DNA of 63,977 bases, filler included, from an uncultured bacterium (lineage in GTDB: Bacteria > CAYJRR01), in the NCBI GenBank assembly GCA_964372275.1. It is 7 parts of 7 records of this genome, joined end to end, with 100 filler letters (N's around TTAATTAATTAA, not from the genome) between each part and the next. Parts side by side here need not be neighbours in the genome. Positions count along the whole stretch, not along the records: positions 51,425 to 60,103 come from CAYJRR010000161.1; positions 60,204 to 63,977 come from CAYJRR010000210.1; 5 more parts are not named here. One strand, 5' to 3'. Made by a program: the position numbers and the translations under genes. This document shows, in pieces, positions 56,606 through 63,977 of this stretch. Position 1 is the first letter of the stretch, and every line of letters starts with the position of its first letter. The notes below the pieces were generated by a model. That model had not been told where the DNA came from. It made no database searches and saw nothing but the letters and a program-made list of their open reading frames with translations.

Positions 56606-57046
56606 TTACGTCTTGCGCGAAGATGCCGGTCCTTTTCGGCCAGAGCGCCGAGCGACGCCGGTCGGGACCGTCCTCCGGGTCCCTTTTCGCGGCTCGCGAA
56701 TCAGGGCGTCGGCCGGGACGCCGGCCCGGGCGAGATTGCGGATCATCGCGAGCGAGACCGGTCGCTTTCGATTGAGTACCTCGGCCACGCGGTTGCGACT
56801 TCCAATGTAGGGCTCGAGATCCTTGCGGGTCCATCCCATCTGATCTGCTCGGAACAGGACGGCGTCGATCGGGTCTGGCGGTTCGATCGGATGGCGCTCC
56901 TCCTCGTACGCCTCGACGAGCGTGTAGAGGACTTCGAGCGCGTCCGCGTCGGGAGTCCCATCGACAGGTTCGAGACGCTCAAGCCGATCCACCTCCGCTA
57001 GCGCCGCCTTGTGCTCCATGTCGTTTCGAATCGGCTTGATCTTCAT
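56606..57046 (-). CDS. higA: HigA-like antitoxin (HTH)
   Basis: IKPIRN, L..LVEAYEEE..PI.PPDPIDA, DL.PYIGSR.RV.EVLNRKR.VSL.MIR.L. Confidence 0.9.
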   Translation of the reverse strand: MKIKPIRNDMEHKAALAEVDRLERLEPVDGTPDADALEVLYTLVEAYEEERHPIEPPDPIDAVLFRADQMGWTRKDLEPYIGSRNRVAEVLNRKRPVSLAMIRNLARAGVPADALIREPRKGTRRTVPTGVARRSGRKGPASSRKT

Positions 57047-57047
57047 C

Positions 57048-57353
57048 TCACACCTCCGCGGTGTTGAGTCGGTTGTATTCGTCGTGTGTGCCAATGAAGC
57101 GAATATGGATCCGTCCCCTGCGGTGCTCCGTCTCCCACGTCACGCGCACGAGCAGACGGTAGTCAGTGCCCTTGACGTTGAAGACGATTCGGCGATCGTC
57201 GATCACGCTCGCGCTCCGGTGCATCGCCTTCACGTCCGCCGGTCGCGTCCACCGCGCCCGTTTCGCCTCCGCGAACCACGCCCGGAGCGGAGCCTCCGCT
57301 TTCCGGTGCCGTTCCCAGAACTCGCGGAACGTCCGACGGCTGATGACCCGCAC
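57048..57353 (-). CDS. higB: HigB-like toxin (RelE superfamily)
   Basis: RVISRRT.REFW..H, L..W....KRA.W..P, R.VFNVKG..YRL, IRFIGTHDEY. Confidence 0.92.
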   Translation of the reverse strand: MRVISRRTFREFWERHRKAEAPLRAWFAEAKRARWTRPADVKAMHRSASVIDDRRIVFNVKGTDYRLLVRVTWETEHRRGRIHIRFIGTHDEYNRLNTAEV

Positions 57354-57367
57354 CGGACTACGGCAGC

Positions 57368-57410
57368 TTGGTCCCGGATTGGGATCAATAGGTCCCATAG
57401 TGGGACCAAT
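57368..57410. promoter_or_regulatory. Tandem palindromic operators upstream of higBA
   Basis: TTGGTCCC-ggatt-GGGATCAA and TAGGTCCCA-tag-TGGGACCAA, 21-bp period. Confidence 0.75.
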
Positions 57411-57431
57411 GGAACGACCCCTTTTGGATCG

Positions 57432-57965
57432 TCAGAGGCCGAGCCAGCGGGGGGCGAGCAGGGCGATCGCCTGCATCACCAGGTTGGCGTAGATCCCCGA
57501 CACCACGTCATCCATCACCACCCCCAAGCCTCCGGGCCACCGCTTGTCGATCTGGCGGGCGGGGGGGATCTTCACGATGTCGAAGAAGCGGAAGAGCGCG
57601 AACCCCACCGCGAGGGTGCGGAGGTTGGCGGGGAAGAGGAACATCGTCGCGAAGAAGCCGACCAGCTCGTCGACGACGACGTTTCCCACGTCGTGGCGGC
57701 GATAATGCGCCTCGGCGGCCTCCGCGGCCCACACGGCGACGGCGGTGAAGCCGGCGAGCGAGAGCAGATAGAGCAGCGGACGGCCGGTCGACAGTGGCGC
57801 CAGCGGAACGTAGAGGAGCACGGCCGCCAACGTCCCGGCCGTGCCGGGGGCGACGGGCGCGAGCCCGGAGCCGAACCCGAGCGCGATCGCCAGCCTGACG
57901 CGATGCAACGCGCCGGGCGGTCCACGTTGATCGGGCGGAGCGGCGTCGCGGTCGTCGCGCGTCAC
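57432..57965 (-). CDS. pgpA: Phosphatidylglycerophosphatase A
   Basis: GFGSGLAPVAPGTAGT, VVVDELVG, FRFFDIVK, GLGVVMDDVVSG. Confidence 0.94.
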   Translation of the reverse strand: MTRDDRDAAPPDQRGPPGALHRVRLAIALGFGSGLAPVAPGTAGTLAAVLLYVPLAPLSTGRPLLYLLSLAGFTAVAVWAAEAAEAHYRRHDVGNVVVDELVGFFATMFLFPANLRTLAVGFALFRFFDIVKIPPARQIDKRWPGGLGVVMDDVVSGIYANLVMQAIALLAPRWLGL

Positions 57966-58552
57966 GGCTGCAGCAGCCGCCGCTTCCAGGTATCGATCTT
58001 CACCAGGCGGCGGTACTGCTCGCGGTGGTGCAGCCGGTGCTCGCCGCGCGTCCAGAACTCCACCTCCCGCGGAACGACACGGAAACCGGTCCAGTACGCC
58101 GGGCGCGGGATCGCCTTCCCCTCGTGCGCCTCGCCCAGCCGCGCGACGCGGGCGAGCAACTCCTCGCGCGACTCGAGCGACTCGCTCTGCGCCGAGGCCA
58201 GCGCCGCGATCTGGCTCTCCCGCGGACGGCTCTTCCAATAGGCGTCGGCCGCCGCCGCCTCGACCTCCTCCACCCCGCCCGCGACGCGCAGCTGCATCCC
58301 CGACTCCGGCCAGTGGAAGACGAGCGCCGCCTGGGGGCGCGCGTGGATCTCGCGCCCCTTGCGGCTGTTGGCGTTGGTGTAGAAGACGAAGCCCCGGTCG
58401 TCGACCTCCTTCACCAGGACGTAGCGGGCGCTCGGGTTCCCCGACTCGTCGGCCGTCGCCAACACCGCCGGCGACTCTCCGTTCGGAAGCCGGCCCTTCT
58501 CGACGAGGCTGCGGCAGCGCGCGAGCAGCTCGGCGGTGGTCGGCGACTCCAT
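57962..58552 (-). CDS. pdxH: Pyridoxine/pyridoxamine 5'-phosphate oxidase
   Basis: LATAD..G.PSARYVLVK, FYTN.NSRKG, YWKSRPRESQI.A.AS.QS, EFW....RLH.R, RLLQP. Confidence 0.93.
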   Translation of the reverse strand: MESPTTAELLARCRSLVEKGRLPNGESPAVLATADESGNPSARYVLVKEVDDRGFVFYTNANSRKGREIHARPQAALVFHWPESGMQLRVAGGVEEVEAAAADAYWKSRPRESQIAALASAQSESLESREELLARVARLGEAHEGKAIPRPAYWTGFRVVPREVEFWTRGEHRLHHREQYRRLVKIDTWKRRLLQP

Positions 58553-58649
58553 TCCCGACGCATCTTGTCCGGCTTTGGGCCGGCGCTTCAAGGCCGGCGT
58601 GGCGGACGGCGATGGGACGTCCCGCGGCGGGTGGTATCGTCTCTCCACC

Positions 58650-59081
58650 GTGTCGAGGGCCTTGGGGATCGACTGGGGGGAGAAGCGGATCGGCGTCGCG
58701 GTCACCGATCCGATGGGGTGGACCGCGCGCGGGCTCACGACCCTGTCGCGGCGGAAAGACGCCGCCGAGCTCGAGGAGATTGCCCGGCTGGTCGAGGAGC
58801 TCGGGGTCGACCGCCTGGTCGTCGGGCTCCCGGTGCGGGACGACGGCTCGCCGTCGGCGTCGACGCCGAAGGTGCTGGCCTACATCGAGCGGCTGCGGGC
58901 GCGGTTCCCGGGCCTCCCGCTCGAAACCTGCGATGAATCGAACACCTCGGTGGAGGCGAATCGGATCCTGCGGGAGCGGGGTTACACCTGGCAGGAGTCG
59001 AAGAAGGAGATCGACCGCGTGGCGGCCTCGGTGATGCTTCAGGCGTGGCTCGACGAGCGGGGCGGAGGGCGCGGCCGATGA
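58650..59081 (+). CDS. ruvX: Holliday junction resolvase-like RuvX/YqgF
   Basis: LGIDWGEKRIGVAV.D, VVGLP, DE..TS.EA, ID.VAA..MLQ.WLD. Confidence 0.92.
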   Translation: MSRALGIDWGEKRIGVAVTDPMGWTARGLTTLSRRKDAAELEEIARLVEELGVDRLVVGLPVRDDGSPSASTPKVLAYIERLRARFPGLPLETCDESNTSVEANRILRERGYTWQESKKEIDRVAASVMLQAWLDERGGGRGR

Positions 59082-60103
59082 AGCGCGTGGGCCTCGCCGC
59101 CGCGCTGGTCGTGCTGCTCGCCGGGGGGGCGGCGGTCGGGCTCGCGCTCGGCTTCCTCTCGGTGCCGGCCTCGGCGAGCGCGGACGAAGTGGTGGTGGAG
59201 ATCCCCAAAGGGTCCGGCCTCCGGCGCATCGCCGAGCAGCTGGCCCGCGAGCGGTTGGTGACGAGCGCCCTCGGTTTCCGCCTCTACGCCCGCGCCAAGG
59301 GGGCGCAGGGGAGCCTGCGTGCCGGGGAGTTCCGGCTGCGGCGGAACATGACGCCGCCGGAGCTGCTCGAGTGGCTGCTTCACGGCGAGCGGGTGCTCCA
59401 CAAGATCACCGTCCCGGAGGGGTTCTCGGCCCGGGAGATCGCCGACGCCGTCGAGGCGTCGGGCTTGGCGCGGGGGGCCGACTTCCGGCGGTTGGCGGAG
59501 GACGCGGCGTTCGCCCGCTCGCTCGGGATCCCGGCCGACCGGCTGGAGGGCTATCTCCTTCCCGACACCTACCACTTCGAGAAGGGGATCGACGCCGGGG
59601 GGATCGCCACCGCGATGGTCCGCCGGTTCCAGACGCTCTTCACCGCCGAGCTGCAAGCCAAGGCGACGGCCCGTGGGCTGACGCCGCACCAGGCGGTGAC
59701 ACTGGCGTCGATCGTGGAGAAGGAGACGGCGACGCCGGCGGAACGTCCGGTCGTGGCCGGGGTCTTCTACAACCGCCTCGGCAGGCGCATGCGCCTGGAG
59801 AGCGACCCGACGATCATCTACGGGATGCGCGACTACGCCGGGGACATCCGCAAGAAGGACATCCACGACCCGACCAACGTCTACAACACCTACGTGATCG
59901 ACGGACTTCCACCGGGACCGATCGCCAATCCCGGGATCGAGGCGCTGCGCGCGGTGGCGGAGCCGGCAACGCACGAGTGGCTCTTCTTCGTGGCGCACGG
60001 CTCGGAGGAGGGTCACGTCTTCGCCAAGACCTACGCCGAGCACCGGCGGAACGTGGCGCGCTACCTGGAACGGCGGCGGGCGCTGCGCGGCGGGCGGCGG
60101 TGA
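59078..60103 (+). CDS. mltG: Endolytic transglycosylase MltG
   Basis: TVPEG, LEGYLLPDTY, LASIVEKET, VFYNRL...M.LESDPT, YNTY...GLPPGPIANPG. Confidence 0.95.
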   Translation: MKRVGLAAALVVLLAGGAAVGLALGFLSVPASASADEVVVEIPKGSGLRRIAEQLARERLVTSALGFRLYARAKGAQGSLRAGEFRLRRNMTPPELLEWLLHGERVLHKITVPEGFSAREIADAVEASGLARGADFRRLAEDAAFARSLGIPADRLEGYLLPDTYHFEKGIDAGGIATAMVRRFQTLFTAELQAKATARGLTPHQAVTLASIVEKETATPAERPVVAGVFYNRLGRRMRLESDPTIIYGMRDYAGDIRKKDIHDPTNVYNTYVIDGLPPGPIANPGIEALRAVAEPATHEWLFFVAHGSEEGHVFAKTYAEHRRNVARYLERRRALRGGRR

Positions 60104-60203
60104 NNNNNNNNNNNNNNNNNNNNNNNNNNNNNNNNNNNNNNNNNNNNTTAATTAATTAANNNNNNNNNNNNNNNNNNNNNNNNNNNNNNNNNNNNNNNNN
60201 NNN
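60104..60203. other. Artificial contig linker
   Basis: N runs with TTAATTAATTAA. Confidence 0.99.
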
Positions 60204-61344
60204 CAAGGTGGGGACCGACTTTCGCGGCGATCCGAGCTCGGCGCTGCTCGAGGTGCTCGATCCGGAGCAGAACAACACCTTCACCGACCACTACCTCGAC
60301 GTGCCGTTCGACCTGTCGAAAGTGATGTTCATCGCCACCGCCAACCTGATGGATCCGGTGCCACCGGCCCTCAAGGACAGCATGGAGGTCCTGGAGATCC
60401 CCGGCTACACCGACCACGACAAGGTGCAGATCGCGAAGAACTACCTCGTCCCCAAGGAGACGCGCGAGCACGGCCTCTCCCCCGAGAGGATCGAGATCGA
60501 GGAGGCGGCGATCCGGAAGCTGATCAAGGAGTACACCCGCGAGGCCGGGGTGCGGAACCTGGAGCGGGAGGTGGCCAGCGTCTGCCGCAAGATCGCCAAG
60601 CGCGTGGCCGAAGGGGAGACCCAGAAGCAGGTCGTCACCGAGGAGGAGATCGCCAAGCTCCTCGGACCCGAGAAGTTCTTCTCCGAGCTGGCCGAGCGCA
60701 CCGACCGGCCGGGCGTGGCGATCGGGCTGGCCTGGACCGCGGTCGGCGGCGACATCCTCTTCATCGAAGCGACCAAGATGAAGGGGAAGAAGAGCTTCCG
60801 CATCACCGGGCAGCTCGGCGACGTGATGAAGGAGTCGGCGGAGGCGGCGCTCTCCTACGTGCGGAGCAAGTCGCGCGAGCTTCACCTCGACGACGACTTC
60901 TTCGAGAACCTCGACATGCACGTCCACATCCCGGCCGGGGCGATCCCCAAGGACGGACCGTCGGCCGGCGTGACGCTGGCGACGGCGCTGGCGAGCCTGC
61001 TCACCGACCGGCCGGTGAAGAGCAGCATCGCCATGACCGGCGAGCTGACGCTGCGCGGGAAGGTGCTGCCGGTCGGCGGGATCAAGGAGAAGGTGCTCGC
61101 GGCGCACCGGGCGGGGCTGACGGAGGTGATCCTCCCGCAACGGTGCAAGAAGGACCTGGAGGACGTGCCGGCCGAGGTCCGCGACAAGCTGACCTTCCAC
61201 TTCGTCGACGACGTGGACGAGGTGCTGAAGCTGGCGCTCGGGATCTCGATGACGCCGCTGCCGCCGGAGACCGGCTCCAAGGAGAAAGAGAAGGAGAAGG
61301 CGCCGCTCGTCCGCAAGAAGGGGGAGGCGATCCCGGCCGCGTGA
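60204..61344 (+). CDS. lon: Lon protease, C-terminal part (5'-truncated)
   Basis: [63 protein letters not shown]. Confidence 0.97.
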
Positions 61345-62129
61345 TCCGCACCGTCTCGAACCTGACGCCCGAGACCACCCAGCGGCTCGTCGAGATCGTC
61401 GACGCTTCCATTACGAGCGAAGCGAGAGCAGGGAGCCCGCGCTCCGAATGGTTTGGCGCGGCCGGCGGGGAGCCGGCGGACGAGCCGCGTCGCTTTCCGG
61501 AGGAGGCGACCTTCCTCCGCGAGAACGGTCGCAAGTCGTGGTGGCGGGTCGCGCTGCCGGGCACGCGGACGAAGGCGTTCGTGAAGGTCTACCGGCCGCG
61601 TCCGATGCCGTGGGGGTTGAAGGAGTTGTTGCGGCGCGCGCCGGGGTTCGAGCTTTGGGACGCGACCGGCCGAGTGGAGGCGGCCGGGATCCGCACGCCG
61701 CGCCGGCTGGCCGCCGGGGCACGCCGCGAGCGGGGCGCCCTCGCCTGGACCTTCTTCGCCTGCGAGGACGCGTCGGACGCCCGATCGCTGTCGCCGCTCG
61801 TCTCCGACGCGCGTTCGTGGGACGCGGCGCGGCGCGCGCGGTTCGCGCGCGCGCTCGGCCTGGCGTTCGGCCGCCTGCGCGCCCGGCGCTTCGTGCAGCC
61901 CGACCTGCAGCCCGCCAACTTCCTGGTGCGCGGGGATCCGCACGGCTCGTTCGAGCTGTTGCCCGTCGACCTCCGCCGCGCGGTGGTCGGAGGACCGCTC
62001 GCCGCCTGGCTCGACCGCAAGACGGTGCCGCAGCTGCGGCGGCGGGTGCTCGAGGGGTGGGACGCCGACGACATCGCCGGCTTCTTCGCCGCCTTTCGCG
62101 AAGCGAGCGCCCGGCGCGAGGAACGGTAG
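61341..62129 (+). CDS. Lipopolysaccharide kinase-like (InaA/Kdo/WaaP family) protein
   Basis: [24 protein letters not shown] kinase-like motifs; GTGA overlap with lon. Confidence 0.6.
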   Translation: MIRTVSNLTPETTQRLVEIVDASITSEARAGSPRSEWFGAAGGEPADEPRRFPEEATFLRENGRKSWWRVALPGTRTKAFVKVYRPRPMPWGLKELLRRAPGFELWDATGRVEAAGIRTPRRLAAGARRERGALAWTFFACEDASDARSLSPLVSDARSWDAARRARFARALGLAFGRLRARRFVQPDLQPANFLVRGDPHGSFELLPVDLRRAVVGGPLAAWLDRKTVPQLRRRVLEGWDADDIAGFFAAFREASARREER

Positions 62130-62148
62130 GACGCGGGCGATCTCGCGG

Positions 62149-63531
62149 CTACGACCCGGCGCCGGCCGGAGGATCCTCCTCGGGATCGTCCGGGGGGAGG
62201 ACGAAGCCGGAGAAGTCCGGAGGGGGCGTCGGCGGCGGTGTCGGCGCGGCCGGCGGCGGTGACGGCGTCACCACCGTCGCCGGTGTAGCGGGTGGCGCGC
62301 CGGTCGCGGCCGCCGGTGGAGCGGTTGCAGCGCTCGCCGGCGCGGGTTCCGGCTCGGCGCCGAGCGGTCCCTCCACGAGGTCGAGGGGCTCCGAGATCTC
62401 GTGCGGTTCGGGCGGGGGCGCCATCGCGACGGTGCCGCCGTCTGCGGTGGGCGCACCGTGCTCGGCGGGGGTTGAACCATCGTCCGGCCCGGAGAGCGTC
62501 TCGTCCGGCGCCGTCCACGCGATCATGGGCGGCTCGGTGGCGGTCGGTTCGGGGGGGGGCGGGTCGGGAGGAGTCGGCTCCGCGACCGGTTCGGACTCGG
62601 TCGGTTCGGGGGCCGTCGACTCGGCGGCGGACGGCTCGGTGGCGGCCGGCTCGAGGACGATCGGATCCGGCGCGGTCGGCTCGGGCGCGGTCGGTTCGGA
62701 AACGGTCGGTTCGGCGGCGGTCGGTTCCGCGGCGGTCGGCTCCGCGGCGGTCGGCTCCGCGACCGCCGTCTCGATCGCGGCGGACGGGGGCGCCGCCGCC
62801 ACCGGGTCGTCGGCTTCGATCAGCTCCGGGGGTAGGTCGGGGGTGAACGACGCGAGCGGCGCATCGCCGGGCCCCTCGTTCGTCGGCGCCGGTTCGAGGA
62901 CCGCGCCGACCGGTGGCGGGGTCGGTTCCGCCGGCGCCGCCGTCGCAGCCGCCGCGCCGACCGGGGTCGTCTCGAAAAAATCGTCGGCCGTCGAGTCGGC
63001 CCCCTTCGCGCGGGAGCCGACGATCGATTCGAGCGCGGGGAGCGACTCGACGATCGCCCGGAAGAAGCGCACGTCGAACTCGGCGTACGCGTCCGCCGCG
63101 TGCGCGACGTTCCCCCGAGCCGTCGGCGCCGCAATCCCCGCCGCCGGCGCGGCGACGTTCGCCGCGAGGACCGAGGCGCTCGCCACCGCCGGCGTTCGCG
63201 CGGGGGGCGGCGGGTCCCCGGCCGAGAAGTCGGTCGCCGATCCGAACAGCCGGGAGCGGACGTCGTCGACGTCGTCCCCGAGCGTCAGCTCCGCCGGCTC
63301 CTCCGAGAGCGAGAAGTCGACCGAGTTCGGGTTGGCGAAGGGAGAACGCGGGGACGCCGCCGGGGCTCCGGCGGCGGTCGCCGGCCGCGGTCCGCCGGTG
63401 GCCGGAGCGACGCCGCCGCGGGGGCCTCCGGCGGCGGCGCCGGGGACCGCGGGCGGCTTCAGCTCGCGGGCGCAGTTCCGGCAGTGCGTCGCCGCCGGCG
63501 CATTCTCCACGAGGCAGTTCGCGCACTTCAT
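62149..63531 (-). CDS. Zinc-ribbon protein with long Pro/Ala/Glu-rich disordered region
   Basis: MKCANC..EN...[17 protein letters not shown] pentapeptide repeats. Confidence 0.68.
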   Translation of the reverse strand: MKCANCLVENAPAATHCRNCARELKPPAVPGAAAGGPRGGVAPATGGPRPATAAGAPAASPRSPFANPNSVDFSLSEEPAELTLGDDVDDVRSRLFGSATDFSAGDPPPPARTPAVASASVLAANVAAPAAGIAAPTARGNVAHAADAYAEFDVRFFRAIVESLPALESIVGSRAKGADSTADDFFETTPVGAAAATAAPAEPTPPPVGAVLEPAPTNEGPGDAPLASFTPDLPPELIEADDPVAAAPPSAAIETAVAEPTAAEPTAAEPTAAEPTVSEPTAPEPTAPDPIVLEPAATEPSAAESTAPEPTESEPVAEPTPPDPPPPEPTATEPPMIAWTAPDETLSGPDDGSTPAEHGAPTADGGTVAMAPPPEPHEISEPLDLVEGPLGAEPEPAPASAATAPPAAATGAPPATPATVVTPSPPPAAPTPPPTPPPDFSGFVLPPDDPEEDPPAGAGS

Positions 63532-63598
63532 CGGAGCGGTTCGCCCATCGACAGGTCGGAAAGAGTTCCGGCTCCGCGATCCTACCAGAGCCTGTGCT

Positions 63599-63977
63599 AT
63601 GACGGGCGCCGTGAGTCTCTTCCCGGCGGCGCCCACGATCCCGCGCGCAGCGCCTGCGCCGCTCGCCGAACGGATGCGTCCGCGCACGCTCGACGACGTC
63701 GTCGGGCAGGAGGCGTTGCTCGGACGAGGACGCCCGCTCCGCACGGCGATCGAGGAGGGCCGCCTTCCGTCGATCCTCCTCTGGGGACCGCCGGGCGTCG
63801 GCAAGACGACGATCGCGCGACTTCTCGCCATGCGGGCCGGGTTCCGGTTCGTCGCCTTCTCCGCGGTGTCGTCGGGTGTGAAGGAGATCCGGGAGTGCGT
63901 CGCCGACGCCCGCGCCGCCGGCCTCCGAGGCGAACGGACGATCGTCTTCATCGACGAGATCCACCGGTTCAACAAGG
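63599..63977 (+). CDS. rarA: Replication-associated recombination protein A (runs off window)
   Basis: Manual translation: [20 protein letters not shown]...[22 protein letters not shown]...[10 protein letters not shown]. Confidence 0.95.
   Translation, partial: MTGAVSLFPAAPTIPRAAPAPLAERMRPRTLDDVVGQEALLGRGRPLRTAIEEGRLPSILLWGPPGVGKTTIARLLAMRAGFRFVAFSAVSSGVKEIRECVADARAAGLRGERTIVFIDEIHRFNK

Overview
GC-rich bacterial sequence, most likely from a Myxococcota/deltaproteobacterial metagenome-assembled genome (inferred from gene content: FHA-sigma54 activator, PEGA, RCC1 and CotH lipoproteins, dNK-panB-panC, pgpA-cinA-recA-pilT-alaS). It is not one locus. It is seven contigs (1-10476, 10577-21035, 21136-31248, 31349-41378, 41479-51324, 51425-60103, 60204-63977) joined by 100-nt N/TTAATTAATTAA linkers, with two internal 10-N gaps (in pstB2 and recA), so neighbourhood arguments hold only within a contig. 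Most genes are housekeeping: secA, gcdH, copA, panBC, pal, arfB, mdh, icd, galE, phoR-pstSCABB-phoU, alaS, pilT-like, recA, cinA, higBA, pgpA, pdxH, ruvX, mltG, lon, rarA. No rRNA, tRNA, CRISPR array or transposase was seen. The most notable observations are: (1) a secreted leader ORF ending in RAP directly upstream of secA, with an attenuator-like alternative hairpin set (candidate SecM-like arrest peptide); (2) tandem lipoproteins with a tail-fibre-like His motif, one carrying about 70 acidic decapeptide repeats (candidate lipid-anchored surface fibres); (3) an integrase-less cassette of about 0.87 kb bounded by perfect 33-bp direct repeats that duplicate a gene 3' end; (4) several degenerate or unusual genes: a pseudo-histidine kinase, a degenerate PstB, a Lon Arg-finger substitution, an in-frame TAG in a lipoprotein, and a probable CTG start for arfB.
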